64,000 nucleotides of DNA from Anaerolineales bacterium (GTDB lineage Bacteria > Chloroflexota > Anaerolineae > Anaerolineales > DRMV01), in the NCBI GenBank assembly GCA_026996855.1, contig JALWJZ010000069.1, positions 31,628 to 95,627 of the forward strand. The letters are read 5' to 3'. Below the pieces are notes generated by a model that worked only from the letters and a program-made list of their open reading frames with translations, did no database searches and was not told the DNA's origin. The position numbers and the translations under genes were made by a program. This document shows, piece after piece, positions 46,877 through 57,610 of this stretch. How positions within the stretch are numbered: the first letter of the stretch is position 1; each line of letters begins with the position of its first letter.

Positions 46877-48290
46877 GGTCTTCCTTGTTTGCAACCACGA
46901 CAGATTGAGCCAGGGAAGGCCCTTCCTTCAAAGCCCGCTCCAGTCGCGTCAGCAGGGCAGGTGCATCTCCGGCGGAAAACAAGAGCACCACCGCAGGGGG
47001 TCGGACCTCCCGCAACAGCAGGGCCGTGGCCTCCTCCAGGCTTTCGGCGAAAAAGCCCCGAGGATGAGCCAGGCGGGAGAGCAAATCGGCCTCCCGGAAG
47101 CCGGTCGGACGCGTTTCCCGGGCCGGGTACACCGGCAGCAGCACCAGAGCGTCGGCCCGGCGCAACGCACGGGCGAAGTCTTCCAGCAGCCCCAGGGTGC
47201 GAGAATAGGTGTGGGGCTGCCACACAGCCCACAAGGTATGTTCGGGGAAGCGCTGCCGGGCCGCGTCCAGCGTGGTGGCAATCTCCACAGGGTGATGCCC
47301 GTAATCGTTCACCAGTACCCAACCGGCCTGCCGGGCCACCTCGGTGAAGCGCCGCTCCACCCCGCGGAAGTCGGCCAGCGCCCGGGCCGTGGCAGCCACG
47401 TCCATCCCCAGTTGATGCACCAGGGCCAAGACGGCCAGCGCGTTGCGCACGTTGTGCAGGCCGGGCAAAGGCAAGAACACCGTGGCCAGCGGGGTTGTCC
47501 CGTGCACCAACACAAACCGGGTACCTTCGGGTCGGGCCTCCAGGTTTTGTACCCAGTAGTCGGCCGGGGCCTGAGTGTCGTAGGTCACCATCTCCAGCCC
47601 CTGCACGTTCTTCAGCACCCGACGGGCCTCGGCATCCTGCGCCCAGTAGACCACCACACCCCCCGGCTCGAACCGTTCCACGAAGGCCCGAAACGCGGCC
47701 CGGTAAGCCTCCCGATTCGGGAAACAATCCGGGTGGTCGTAATCCACGTAAGTCAGGATGCCAGCGTGGGGCCGCAACCCCAGGAACATGTGGTCGTACT
47801 CGTCGGCCTCGATGACGAAGTAAGGCCCCCGCCCGGCCCGACCGTTGCGGCCGGTGTTGGCCATCACCCCACCCAGAATGTAGGTAGGGTCCTGCCCCAG
47901 GGACAGCAACACCCAGGCCAGCATGGCCGTAGTGGTGGTCTTGCCGTGGGTACCGGCCACGGCCAGGGTGCGGTACCCCTGGGTAAGCCGGGGTAAAAAC
48001 TGGGCCCGGGTCAGCACGGGGATGCCGCGCACCTGCGCGGCCTGCACCTCGAGGTGGTCGGGCGGCACCGCGGAACTGCGCAACAGCAAGGTCACGTCCT
48101 CCAGGTGCCCCGGCTCATGACCGATGTGCACGGGAATCCCCCGCCGGCGCAGGGTTTCGACCATCGGTCCTGGGGCGCGGTCACAGCCGGAGACCTGCAA
48201 ACCCCGGTCCTGGAGCACCTGGGCAATGGCCGAGAGCCCGGTGCCGCCTATTCCCATGAGATGCACGTATTCTTCCCGATGCCTATACAT
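46860..48290 (-). CDS. murC: UDP-N-acetylmuramate--L-alanine ligase
   Basis: VHLMGIGGTGLSAIAQVL...VAGTHGKTTTTAM...; Mur ligase middle and C-terminal domains. Confidence 0.9.
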   Translation of the reverse strand: MYRHREEYVHLMGIGGTGLSAIAQVLQDRGLQVSGCDRAPGPMVETLRRRGIPVHIGHEPGHLEDVTLLLRSSAVPPDHLEVQAAQVRGIPVLTRAQFLPRLTQGYRTLAVAGTHGKTTTTAMLAWVLLSLGQDPTYILGGVMANTGRNGRAGRGPYFVIEADEYDHMFLGLRPHAGILTYVDYDHPDCFPNREAYRAAFRAFVERFEPGGVVVYWAQDAEARRVLKNVQGLEMVTYDTQAPADYWVQNLEARPEGTRFVLVHGTTPLATVFLPLPGLHNVRNALAVLALVHQLGMDVAATARALADFRGVERRFTEVARQAGWVLVNDYGHHPVEIATTLDAARQRFPEHTLWAVWQPHTYSRTLGLLEDFARALRRADALVLLPVYPARETRPTGFREADLLSRLAHPRGFFAESLEEATALLLREVRPPAVVLLFSAGDAPALLTRLERALKEGPSLAQSVVVANKEDHDGMV

Positions 48291-48364
48291 GCCCGCTCCT
48301 CGAAAAGCACCGCCGTTTCTCCACGATTGCCATCCCCATCGAAAGGGAAAACCCAAAACCCCGA

Positions 48365-48955
48365 CTACAAGAAAACCACAATCAACAGCACACCCATGGC
48401 CAGGGTGAGGAAGTAAATCCACGGCCACCCGATGACATTGGGCAGGGCCCATCGCAAAATGATTTCCTGTCCATCGTACAGATTCTCCAACATCACAGCC
48501 AGACGATTTTGAACTTCCGGGTCTGCATGAAACAAATCGGCAGCCTGCGCCGGAGACAGGACATATCCCAACGGATAATTGGCCTGATCCAGGTAATACC
48601 AGACGGTGGACATGATGAGGAAACCGTTAACCAGACCGAAGACAAAACCCAGAACCATATCACGCACATTTTCCCGACGGGTACGGGGTTCGAAACGCCC
48701 CGTGCGAGGCACGTGGTATCCGAAGAAAACCAAAGGCAAAAACACCAGCATACGGGCGATGAAGTAAGCCTTCTCCTTTCCCGGAACCAGTTGGGGGAAG
48801 ATGGGCATGAAACGTTCCAGAGTCAAAATCAAAGTGATGGCCCACACCACTGCGATGGCCACCAACAGTTCCTTGGCCCACCCACGCAAAGCACCGATGA
48901 CGCCGAAAAAGAGCAAAAACATCCAAAAAACCGTTGTCAAAGTCACCATGGTCAT
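48365..48955 (-). CDS. CvpA-like polytopic membrane protein
   Basis: MTMVTLTTVFWMFLLFFGVIGALRGWAKELL... with 4-5 hydrophobic segments. It is visibly A/T-richer than its neighbours. The family call is tentative. Confidence 0.45.
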   Translation of the reverse strand: MTMVTLTTVFWMFLLFFGVIGALRGWAKELLVAIAVVWAITLILTLERFMPIFPQLVPGKEKAYFIARMLVFLPLVFFGYHVPRTGRFEPRTRRENVRDMVLGFVFGLVNGFLIMSTVWYYLDQANYPLGYVLSPAQAADLFHADPEVQNRLAVMLENLYDGQEIILRWALPNVIGWPWIYFLTLAMGVLLIVVFL

Positions 48956-50046
48956 ACCCCTCCTTGCGCCAGGGCCGCCAAACCCCGGGCCATACTCTGG
49001 GCCGCGTCGGGCCGAAACAGGGCCTTCATGGCCCAACGCATCGCGCGGCGCCGTTCCACATCGGCCATCAAATCCAGGACAAGGGGAACCAGGCGTTCCT
49101 CCAGTTCCTCGTCGGGCAATAACACGGCCGCGCCCCGGTCTACCAAATAGGCCGCGTTCACCTTCTGATAGTCCCAGGCATACGGGTAAGGCACCAGCAC
49201 CGCGGGCAGGCCGTGGGCTGGCAGCTCGCCCAGGGTGGAGGCACCGGCCCGGGAAACCACCAGGTCGGCCGCGGCCAGGGCCGCGCCCATCTCCTCGTGC
49301 AGGTAGGGGAAGGGATGATACCGCTCGAGGAGCGAAGCGGGCAGGTCTGGTTTTTGGCTTGCCAGCAGGGGCCAGTCGCGACGGCCGGTGATGTGCACCA
49401 CGTGCATATGGGGCAGCAGCCGGGGCAGGGCCTTCCACAGCGCCAGGTTGATGGAACGTGCGCCCAGGCTTCCCCCAAAAACCAACAACACCGGTTCCTC
49501 TGGGGGAAGTCGGAAAAAGGCCCGCGCCCTTCCTCGATTCCAGGCCAAGATCTCCTCCCGCACGGGGTACCCGACCACTTCCACCTCTTTGTTCGGGAAA
49601 TAGCCACGGCTCTCCTCGGCCACGACGAAAATGCGACGGGCAAAGCGGGCCAGCACCTGCAGGGCCAGGCCAGGCTTGATGTCGGGCACGAACAGGGCAA
49701 TGGGCACGCGCTTCCGGGCGGCGAACCCCATGGGCGCGGCCACGAAGCCGCCGGTGAAGAACAGCACCTGGGGACGAAACTCCCGCAGAAGGCGCCGCGA
49801 GGCCCCGTACCCCCGCAGAATTTTCACGGCATTGGGCAGCAGCCGACGCCAGCCCACCCCGTGCACTTTGCCCGCGGGAATGGCCCGAAAAGACACCCGA
49901 TAACGGGCCAGCAGGTCGGCCTCGATGCCCCCCTGGCTGCCTACCCACAGCACCCGGTCCCGGTCGGCTTCAGGAAGCCGTTGATACACGGCCAGCGCGG
50001 GATACACGCCCCCGCCCGTGCCGCCGGTGCATATGAGCAACCGCAT
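48952..50046 (-). CDS. murG: undecaprenyldiphospho-muramoylpentapeptide beta-N-acetylglucosaminyltransferase
   Basis: MRLLICTGGTGGGVYPALAV...FFTGGFVAAP...VFGGSLGA...SRAGASTLGE. Confidence 0.9.
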   Translation of the reverse strand: MRLLICTGGTGGGVYPALAVYQRLPEADRDRVLWVGSQGGIEADLLARYRVSFRAIPAGKVHGVGWRRLLPNAVKILRGYGASRRLLREFRPQVLFFTGGFVAAPMGFAARKRVPIALFVPDIKPGLALQVLARFARRIFVVAEESRGYFPNKEVEVVGYPVREEILAWNRGRARAFFRLPPEEPVLLVFGGSLGARSINLALWKALPRLLPHMHVVHITGRRDWPLLASQKPDLPASLLERYHPFPYLHEEMGAALAAADLVVSRAGASTLGELPAHGLPAVLVPYPYAWDYQKVNAAYLVDRGAAVLLPDEELEERLVPLVLDLMADVERRRAMRWAMKALFRPDAAQSMARGLAALAQGGV

Positions 50047-51244
50047 AGGAAGATGCCTCCTGGGCTTGACGCCCCACGCGAGCAATGCTGAGCAACAAAC
50101 CGACGGACAACATGGAAGCCACCAAGTTGGAACCGCCGTAACTGAAGAAAGGCAGGGCGTTGCCGGCCTGGGGCAAAAAGCCCACCATCCCGCCCATGTG
50201 GATGAAGGCTTCGGTTACCAACCACAACGTAAGCCCCGCGGCCAGCAGCCGACCGAGGGAGTCCGAAGTTTGCGCGGCCAGCCACAGTCCTCGCCACAAC
50301 AGCAAGGTGAAAAGCACCAGCACTACCAGGGCCCCCACCACGCCCCATTCTTCACCGATGACCGCGAAGACGCTGTCCGTGTGAGGAAGGGGCAGGGTAA
50401 ACACCTTTCCCCGGCTGGCTCCGGGCCCCTGCCCAAACCAGCCGCCCCGAATGAAGGCGTAGAAGGCCTGACGTATGTGCCCTTCCACCGCGGTGGGGTC
50501 CTCCCACACCACCAGATACGCCCGGATGCGATGCTGGGCCGGTGGATACACGGCCATGGCCAGACGCAACCCACCGGCCACCACCACGGCCAACGTGGCC
50601 AGTGCGGCCAGGGCCTGGCGCCAGGTCGCACCGGAGAGGAGGAGCATCATGAGGCCCAACATCACCGCGGTACCGGCCGCGCTCAGGTCCGGCTGCAACA
50701 CCAAAAGCAGGGTGAACACGGCGATAATCCAACCGCCGTACCACCACACCTTTCCCGGCGCTTCCATCTCGGGCCGCCGACGGGCCAGCCACGCGGCCAG
50801 GTACACCACCAACAGCGGTTTGACGAACTCACCGGGTTGCACCGAACCCATACCCACGAACAGGGTACGCCCCGGTGTATCGCTCACCAAATTGCGCACG
50901 TCCACGAAGAACAGCAGGCCCAACAAGCCCGTGGTCACCAAGAGCAAATAACGACGCTGCAACAACCGGCGGTAGTCCAGAAACGCCAGGACCATCATGC
51001 CCACAAAGCCCACGGTGACGAACAACAAGTGCCGCTTGAAGAAGTAGTAGGCATCCCGGTACTCGGTTCGGGTGAGGGCAAAGGGCACGGTGGTGGAATA
51101 CGCCACCAACACCCCCGCCAACACCATACCGACCACCAGGAAGAACAACACCTTGTCCAGCCGCTGCCATTCCTGCCAGAAGCGCAACCACAAGGGTTGC
51201 ACCGGCGGATTTTGGGTCCGAAGCGGAAGGAATCGGCGCTTCAT
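49970..51244 (-). CDS. ftsW: FtsW/RodA (SEDS) peptidoglycan glycosyltransferase
   Basis: Polytopic, with SVQPGEFVKP, LQPDLSAAG, LPLPHTDSVFAVIGEEWG and FFSYGGSN motifs. The 3' end overlaps the murG start by 77 nt. Confidence 0.85.
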   Translation of the reverse strand: MKRRFLPLRTQNPPVQPLWLRFWQEWQRLDKVLFFLVVGMVLAGVLVAYSTTVPFALTRTEYRDAYYFFKRHLLFVTVGFVGMMVLAFLDYRRLLQRRYLLLVTTGLLGLLFFVDVRNLVSDTPGRTLFVGMGSVQPGEFVKPLLVVYLAAWLARRRPEMEAPGKVWWYGGWIIAVFTLLLVLQPDLSAAGTAVMLGLMMLLLSGATWRQALAALATLAVVVAGGLRLAMAVYPPAQHRIRAYLVVWEDPTAVEGHIRQAFYAFIRGGWFGQGPGASRGKVFTLPLPHTDSVFAVIGEEWGVVGALVVLVLFTLLLWRGLWLAAQTSDSLGRLLAAGLTLWLVTEAFIHMGGMVGFLPQAGNALPFFSYGGSNLVASMLSVGLLLSIARVGRQAQEASSYAVAHMHRRHGRGRVSRAGRVSTAS

Positions 51245-52737
51245 ACACCACCTCGCAGGGCTTGTTCCGCCTGGATGCGCTCCACGGCCTGCCGCGCCCA
51301 TTCCCGAAAACGCTGGCCCCGCACTTCGTAGTTGGGGAACTCGTCGAAACTGGTCGCGCCTGGGGAAAGGAGCACCACCGCACCGGGTCGGGCCAGGCGC
51401 GCGGCTTTCTCCACGGCTTCCTGCAAACCCGTACACACCTCCACCGTGCGCGGGCCGGGGCCCCGGGTTTTGTCCAGCGCGGCCTGTATCTTCGACGCGG
51501 CCGGGCCAAAGACCACCAGGTGCTCCACCATGTGCCGCACCAGGTGGGCCCAGTCCTCCCAGGGCAGGTTCTTGTCCTTGCCTCCGGCCAGCAGCACGAT
51601 GGGCCGCCCCCGAAAGGCCCGCAGGGCCACCATAGCCCGCTCCGGCGTGGTGGCAATGGAGTCGTCGTACCAGACCACACCGTTGTGCTCCAGTACCGGC
51701 TCCAGACGATGGGGCACGCCCCGGAAGCCCTCCAACCCAGCCAGCATGTGTTCGGGGTGCAACCCCATGAGCGCGGCCATAAGGGCCGCGGCGGCCACAT
51801 TGCGCAGGTTGTGTTCGCCGGGCAGGGCTACCTTCTCCACGGGGAAAAGGCGATGCTCCTCGCCGCGCATATCCCGCAAGACGAAGGCTCCATTGCTCAC
51901 GAAAACCGCGGGCACGGCCTGGGGAGGTGCCTCCAGCCCGAACGCGGCCAGGCGAGCCGGGGTGCGATGACGCAAATCCCAGGCCGGAGGACTTTCGTGG
52001 CCCAGAACGGCCCAATCCTGGGGGCGTTGATGGCCCACGATATGGGCTTTGGCCTCCACGTAGGCTTCCATGGTGCCGTGCCGGTCCAGGTGGTTGGGGG
52101 TGATGTTGAGCACCGCGGCCACTTCGGGGGAAACCCGAGTCAGGTCCAACTGAAAACTGGAAAGTTCCACCACGGCCACGTCCGTGGGATGCAAGTGGTC
52201 CACGAAATCCATCAGGGCCGGGCCGATGTTGCCCAGCACCCACACCCGGCGGAAACGGCGAGGCAGACCGGACACCAGGGCATCCTCCCGGGCCGCAGCC
52301 CGGGCCATGCGGCCCAGAAGGGTGGTCGTGGTGGTCTTTCCCGAAGAGCCGGTGATACCCACCACCGGGCAGGGTGCCAGTTCCAGGAAGAGGTGGGCGT
52401 CGCTGTACAGGGGCAGCCCGCGGCGCCGGGCTTCCCGAAGCAACGGCAGGGTCAGGGGCACGCCGCCGGATACGAAGACCACGTTCACCTCCTCCAGCAA
52501 TTCCAGCGGATGCCCCCCCAGGGCCCAGGTGATGGGCAGCCCCTCCAGGCCGCGACGGGTCTCGGCCAGTTCCTCGGGCGGGCGTCGGTCGTTGAGCACC
52601 ACCCACGCGCCGCGACGGGCCAGAAACCGGGCCACCGCCGTGCCCTGCCGCGCCGCACCGACCACCAGCGCCCGGATGCGGGGCCAGTCCCATTGGTGAA
52701 GGGTTCGGGTGCGCCGGAACGGCGGAAAGGTGTACAT
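51241..52737 (-). CDS. murD: UDP-N-acetylmuramoylalanine--D-glutamate ligase
   Basis: ALVVGAARQGTAVARFL...GITGSSGKTTTTTLL... with Mur ligase domains, in the position between mraY and ftsW. Confidence 0.9.
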   Translation of the reverse strand: MYTFPPFRRTRTLHQWDWPRIRALVVGAARQGTAVARFLARRGAWVVLNDRRPPEELAETRRGLEGLPITWALGGHPLELLEEVNVVFVSGGVPLTLPLLREARRRGLPLYSDAHLFLELAPCPVVGITGSSGKTTTTTLLGRMARAAAREDALVSGLPRRFRRVWVLGNIGPALMDFVDHLHPTDVAVVELSSFQLDLTRVSPEVAAVLNITPNHLDRHGTMEAYVEAKAHIVGHQRPQDWAVLGHESPPAWDLRHRTPARLAAFGLEAPPQAVPAVFVSNGAFVLRDMRGEEHRLFPVEKVALPGEHNLRNVAAAALMAALMGLHPEHMLAGLEGFRGVPHRLEPVLEHNGVVWYDDSIATTPERAMVALRAFRGRPIVLLAGGKDKNLPWEDWAHLVRHMVEHLVVFGPAASKIQAALDKTRGPGPRTVEVCTGLQEAVEKAARLARPGAVVLLSPGATSFDEFPNYEVRGQRFREWARQAVERIQAEQALRGGV

Positions 52738-52763
52738 GGCTTACTCCAAAGGGCCTCCTCGCA

Positions 52764-53756
52764 CTACGCCAGGGCCAGGGCCACGCCCACCAGCGCGGCC
52801 ATGACCTGGGTCAACCAAAAACGGGTCACCACCTGGGTTTCGGCCCAGCCGGATAGTTCGAAATGATGGTGCAACGGACTCATCTTGAAAATGCGACGGC
52901 CGCCCGTGAGTTTGAAATAGGCCACCTGCAAAATCACGCTCAGGGTTTCCAGCACGGGTATGAGGGCCAGAAAAGGAAGCACGAACCATTCCCCCAGCAT
53001 GAGCGCGACCACCCCCAGGGCCGCGCCCACGGCCAGGGAGCCGGTATCGCCCATGAAAACCTGGGCCGGATGGACGTTGAACCAGAGGAAGCCCAGCAAA
53101 CTCCCCGTGAGCAGGAAACAAAACTGCGCCAGTTCCATGGCCTCATGATGCAAAGCCAGGAAACCAAAAGCCGCAAAGGACGTGGCCGTAACCAGAGAAG
53201 CCAGACCGTCCAGGCCGTCGGTGAGGTTCACTGCGTTGGACGACCCCACGATGATGAAAATCCCCAGGGGGAAATACCACCACCCCACGGGCACCGGCTT
53301 GGGAATGCCGGGCAGGAACAGGGGCGGCGCGGCGTAGATGTGCTGAATCCACCAGACACCCACCGCGGCCAACAGCACCTGCACCACGAATTTGGTGCGG
53401 GCGCGAAGACCGTAGCCTCGCCGAATGCCCAGCCAGTCGTCCACCGCGCCCAAAAGCCCAAACCCAAAGACCATGGCCAGGGGCAACAGCACCACCTGCC
53501 CGGAAAACCGCAAACGATACACCCGCGTGGCGTGGATGAAGAGCAACATGAACACCACGGGCAACCAAATGACCCAACCGCCCATGGTCACCGTGCCCAG
53601 TTTGGCCAGGTGCCGCTCGGGCACGTCCGCTCGCAGGCCTTTCCCCATGCCCAAGGCCCGCAACAGACGCAACAGAGGCGGCGTCCACAGCCACGTGAGC
53701 AAAAAGGTGACCACCAGCAAACCCAGGGCCACCAGTCCAGGGTCAGGCGTGTGCAT
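52764..53756 (-). CDS. mraY: phospho-N-acetylmuramoyl-pentapeptide transferase
   Basis: GAVDDWLGI, NAVNLTDGLDGLA, FMGDTGSLAVG, PLHHHFELSGW. Confidence 0.95.
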   Translation of the reverse strand: MHTPDPGLVALGLLVVTFLLTWLWTPPLLRLLRALGMGKGLRADVPERHLAKLGTVTMGGWVIWLPVVFMLLFIHATRVYRLRFSGQVVLLPLAMVFGFGLLGAVDDWLGIRRGYGLRARTKFVVQVLLAAVGVWWIQHIYAAPPLFLPGIPKPVPVGWWYFPLGIFIIVGSSNAVNLTDGLDGLASLVTATSFAAFGFLALHHEAMELAQFCFLLTGSLLGFLWFNVHPAQVFMGDTGSLAVGAALGVVALMLGEWFVLPFLALIPVLETLSVILQVAYFKLTGGRRIFKMSPLHHHFELSGWAETQVVTRFWLTQVMAALVGVALALA

Positions 53757-55185
53757 GGGCTACTTCCTCCTTCAAGCGGGCTATGAGACGGTCCAGGCCC
53801 ACCGCTCGCGAGGCTTTGACCAGCACCACCGCACCGGGGTGCAGTTTGGGCAACAAGGCACGCAGGGCTTCCTCGGGGTCGTCGGCCAGGAACACGGCTT
53901 CGCGCGGCAGCCCGGCTTCCATCGCGGCCTGGGCCAGGATGCGGGCCCGGGGACCGACCGCGATGAGGTACTGCACCACTTGCGCGGCCCGCCGGCCCAC
54001 CTGCACGTGCCCTTCCTCTTCGTAGGGTCCCAGTTCCAACATGTCGCCCAACACCGCGATGCGCTCACCGGGCAGTTCGGCCAGGAAATCCAGCGCGGCC
54101 AGGGTGGAACGGGGGGCTGCGTTGTAAGCATCGTCCAGAATCCAGGCCCCTTGCGGCCCCAGGAAGGGGCGGAGCCGCGGACGCTGGTGGGCATGAGCCA
54201 GCGCGGTCAAAATGGTTTCCCAGGGAAGGCCCAGCGCGCGAGCCGCGGCCGTGGCGGCCAGGGCGTTGTAAACCGCGTGCTTGCCCAAAAGGGGCGTGGA
54301 AACGGTGAAGGTGCGTCCCTCGGCATGCAGGTGAAAGCGAATACCCTCCAGACCTCGGGTTTCGATGTGAGAAGCCCGCACCTGGGCATGGGGCGCCAGG
54401 CCGTACCCCACCACTCGGGCCGGGGTGAAACGGCGCATCGGCCACACCCAGGGGTCGTCGGTGTTGAGCACGGCCACGCCCTCCGGAGGCAGGCTTTGCA
54501 CCAGTTCCGCCTTTCCCCGGAAAATGGCCTCCAGGGAACCGGCCCGCTCCGCGTGCACCCGGTCAATGGTGGTCACAATGCCCACGTGGGGCCGGGCGAT
54601 GTGGCACAGCAAGGCGATGTCGCCGGGCACGTAGAAGCCCATCTCCAACACCGCGAAGCGATGATACCCACGCGCCCGCACCAGGCTGAGGGGCAGGCCG
54701 ATTTCGCTGTTGTAGTTCCCCGGGTTTTTCAGGGTCGCGGCATGAAGAGCCAGCACCTGGGCCACCAATTCCTTGGTGGTGGTCTTCCCCACGCTGCCGG
54801 TAATGCCCACCACCTGCAAATGGGGAAAGCGGGCACGCCAGTACCGGGCCAGTTTTTGCAGGCCCTGCAAGGCGTCTTCCACCCGCAGCACCAGGGGCTG
54901 CCCCCAAGAGGAAGGAGGCGACCAATCCGGGGTGCGCAAATCCAGCACCAAGGCACCGGGCGCGTCCACTGCGCGATGCACCAGCGCGGCCCGGGCGCGG
55001 TTGGCAAAGGCGTGGGCCACGTAATGGTGTCCATCCGTCCGGGTACCGGGCAGGGCGATGAACAACCCACCCACCCCCAGGATGCGCGAATCCAGGCCGA
55101 AATCCAGCACCGCGGGAGTGGGTTCCGGCACCTCCCGGCCCGTCAAGGCCCGCAACACATGCCCCAACGTCCACCAATCGGTCAC
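53743..55185 (-). CDS. murF: UDP-N-acetylmuramoyl-tripeptide--D-alanyl-D-alanine ligase
   Basis: GITGSVGKTTTKEL...PGNYNSEIGLPLSL...ILDDAYNAAP... Confidence 0.9.
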   Translation of the reverse strand: MTDWWTLGHVLRALTGREVPEPTPAVLDFGLDSRILGVGGLFIALPGTRTDGHHYVAHAFANRARAALVHRAVDAPGALVLDLRTPDWSPPSSWGQPLVLRVEDALQGLQKLARYWRARFPHLQVVGITGSVGKTTTKELVAQVLALHAATLKNPGNYNSEIGLPLSLVRARGYHRFAVLEMGFYVPGDIALLCHIARPHVGIVTTIDRVHAERAGSLEAIFRGKAELVQSLPPEGVAVLNTDDPWVWPMRRFTPARVVGYGLAPHAQVRASHIETRGLEGIRFHLHAEGRTFTVSTPLLGKHAVYNALAATAAARALGLPWETILTALAHAHQRPRLRPFLGPQGAWILDDAYNAAPRSTLAALDFLAELPGERIAVLGDMLELGPYEEEGHVQVGRRAAQVVQYLIAVGPRARILAQAAMEAGLPREAVFLADDPEEALRALLPKLHPGAVVLVKASRAVGLDRLIARLKEEVAHAHA

Positions 55186-57053
55186 GGTTCGCCTCCCGGA
55201 GGGAGATGCGCGGCCTGTTTCTCAGCCTCCGGTTGGTCGGGTGGCACACCCAACATCACCACCAGCCGCTGGACCACTTCGCGAAACACCGGTGCAGCCG
55301 TCAACGAGGCCCAGCCGTCCTGCTCCTTGGGGTCCTCCAGCCAGACCAGCACCAGGAATTTGGGGTCGGGCACGGGGCCCCAACCTATCATGGTAGCATC
55401 CAAACGGTCGTTTTCGTCGCCGGGGTTGAACGCAGTGCCCGTTTTACCGGCCAGGGTATAGCCGGACACCACCGCATTCTTGTACGAATCCTTGGTCAAA
55501 GCCTGGACCAGAAACTCGTTCACTAACCGAGCCGTCTCCGGCGAAACCACCTGGCGCAACATCTGCGGCCGGCCCACTGGCACCCAGCCGGTGTCCTCCA
55601 CCCGGTAGGCGACCAGGTAGGGCTTCAGGTAACGCCCGCCATTGGCCAGGGCGCTCATGGCCGCGGCCAGTTGCAACGGCGTGGCCGAAATGGCATGTCC
55701 GAAGCCCACCCGAGCGTGGTCCACGCAAGTGTTCACGGAAAAGGTACCGGAGTCTTCCGCGTCCAGGTCCACACCGGTGGGCCGCCCGAACCCATAGGCC
55801 TCCAGGTAACGCAACAAGGTCTGCCGGGGCACCCGGCGGGCAATCGCCGCGAAGCAGGTGTTCAGCGAAAGGGCCAGGCAACCGACCAAATCCTGCTGGC
55901 CGTGCCCGATCCAATCCCAATTGCGCACCGGCGCCACCCCACCGCAAGGGGTTTCCACACCGGTGTCTTCGTAGACAAAGTCTTCTTCGATGGCACCGGT
56001 TTCCAGTGCTACGGACAGAATCAGGGGCTTGAGCACCGAACCCGGCTCGTACGCATGGCTCACCGCCCAGTTCCACCCTTCCCCCTGAAACCGGTTCATG
56101 AAAAGGAGGATGTCCTCGTAATCCGACAGGTCAGGCCGGGGCGACATGGCCATGGCCAGGATTTCGCCGGTGTTGGGGTTCATGACCAGGATGACCCCGC
56201 GACGGGCCTGGTACGTTTCCAAAGCCCGGTCCAACACTTCCTCCGTCATGGCTTGCATGGCGGCATCCAGGGTGAGCACCAGGGCCGGCGCATCCTCCGG
56301 CAGGCGCACCGATTCAGGAGGCATGCTGAAGGGGTCGTAGGCCACGGCTTCCAACACAGGCCGACGATACAGCCAGTCGTTGTAAAAGCCCTCCACGCCG
56401 AAATTTCCCACCAAAGGCGTCATCAAAGGGTCGTACACATCCTGCCGCTGGGAAACGAAGCCCAGCACGTTGGAGGCCAGGTCCCCGTAGGGGTATTCCC
56501 GCAAAAGCCGCGGGGTCAGGCGAAAGATGTCCCAGTCCAGAGGGTCGATGGGGCTGTCCGCGCCTTGCCGGTACCATGCGCTCAAACGCTCTTCCAGGGC
56601 TTCCTTTTGCAGGCGACTCAAATGCATGGTCAGCATGACCACGGGCGCGTCCAGGGTCAGGCGCTCCAGCAGGTCGTCCACCGGCATACCCAAAATGCTG
56701 GACAGGGCCAGGGCCACCCGGTAGGGGTCCCGGATGCCCGCGGGCACCACATCCAACTGGTAAACGAAGCGGTTGCTGGCCAGGAGGGTTCCGTAACGGT
56801 CCACGATGACGCCGCGGGGCACGGTGTAGGTACGGTACTGCAACGCCAGGGTACGGGAAGGGTCCTGCCGTTCGAGGCGCCACTCCGGGCCTACCTGGAA
56901 CCATATCAGCCGGGCGCCGATGCCCACGGCCAGCACGGTGAACCAAACCCCCAACATCCACAACATGGGAAAAGAGAAGCCCATGTGGACCTCGGGGGAA
57001 GCGGCGGAAGTGCCTTGGGGCGACCAGGCCCGAAAGGGTCGAAGGGTGCTCAT
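55182..57053 (-). CDS. ftsI: class B penicillin-binding protein (FtsI-type transpeptidase)
   Basis: N-terminal TM segment, a dimerisation domain, and the SxxK (GSVLKP), SxN (SLN) and KTG (GKTGTA) motifs. ATGA overlap with ftsL. Confidence 0.85.
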   Translation of the reverse strand: MSTLRPFRAWSPQGTSAASPEVHMGFSFPMLWMLGVWFTVLAVGIGARLIWFQVGPEWRLERQDPSRTLALQYRTYTVPRGVIVDRYGTLLASNRFVYQLDVVPAGIRDPYRVALALSSILGMPVDDLLERLTLDAPVVMLTMHLSRLQKEALEERLSAWYRQGADSPIDPLDWDIFRLTPRLLREYPYGDLASNVLGFVSQRQDVYDPLMTPLVGNFGVEGFYNDWLYRRPVLEAVAYDPFSMPPESVRLPEDAPALVLTLDAAMQAMTEEVLDRALETYQARRGVILVMNPNTGEILAMAMSPRPDLSDYEDILLFMNRFQGEGWNWAVSHAYEPGSVLKPLILSVALETGAIEEDFVYEDTGVETPCGGVAPVRNWDWIGHGQQDLVGCLALSLNTCFAAIARRVPRQTLLRYLEAYGFGRPTGVDLDAEDSGTFSVNTCVDHARVGFGHAISATPLQLAAAMSALANGGRYLKPYLVAYRVEDTGWVPVGRPQMLRQVVSPETARLVNEFLVQALTKDSYKNAVVSGYTLAGKTGTAFNPGDENDRLDATMIGWGPVPDPKFLVLVWLEDPKEQDGWASLTAAPVFREVVQRLVVMLGVPPDQPEAEKQAAHLPPGGEP

Positions 57054-57565
57054 GGGCCGCCCTCCTGCCACCACACACGGCCGTGCTTTTGCCACCAAAT
57101 GTGCAACCAATCGACCAGGGAGTGCATGTACGCCTCGGGCACACCTGGCATCTCGCCGGGTTCTGGGAAGGGTGGAAGCACCCAACCACTGGTGTTCCAG
57201 GAATCGGTGGAGGCTCCGGCTATTTCCTGGGTCACGTAAAGCACCTCTTGGGGCTGGGGCCAAAGCCAATCGCGGGTTTTCACAAAGTCTTCCATGGCCT
57301 GACGCCGTCGCACTTCCAGATGCGTGCGCAGGTCCTGAATGTCCCACCACAGGGTCCAGTTTTGGCTGCGCAAACGCTGAATTTGATGCCACCGCATCAC
57401 CGCGCGATTGGCCAGATACATGTGGGAACCCAAAGCCACCATCACCAGGACCACCGGCCACAAAATTTGCAATTTGAGCCGCCGCCAGCGGTGCCACCCT
57501 TCCCGCAGACGGCGCAGCCACCAGCGGGGACGAGGACCCTGGGATGCGGACGAAGCGACGGTCAT
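57050..57565 (-). CDS. ftsL: FtsL-like bitopic division protein with an extended W-rich C-terminus
   Basis: It lies between rsmH and ftsI. A basic N-terminus is followed by one TM segment (ILWPVVLVMVALGSHMYL) and then a heptad-like helix. Sequence identity to FtsL could not be judged. Confidence 0.5.
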   Translation of the reverse strand: MTVASSASQGPRPRWWLRRLREGWHRWRRLKLQILWPVVLVMVALGSHMYLANRAVMRWHQIQRLRSQNWTLWWDIQDLRTHLEVRRRQAMEDFVKTRDWLWPQPQEVLYVTQEIAGASTDSWNTSGWVLPPFPEPGEMPGVPEAYMHSLVDWLHIWWQKHGRVWWQEGGP

Positions 57566-57610
57566 GATGCACCACCAACGAAGCGTTTCAACCGGGTTAC
57601 GAAACCGGGA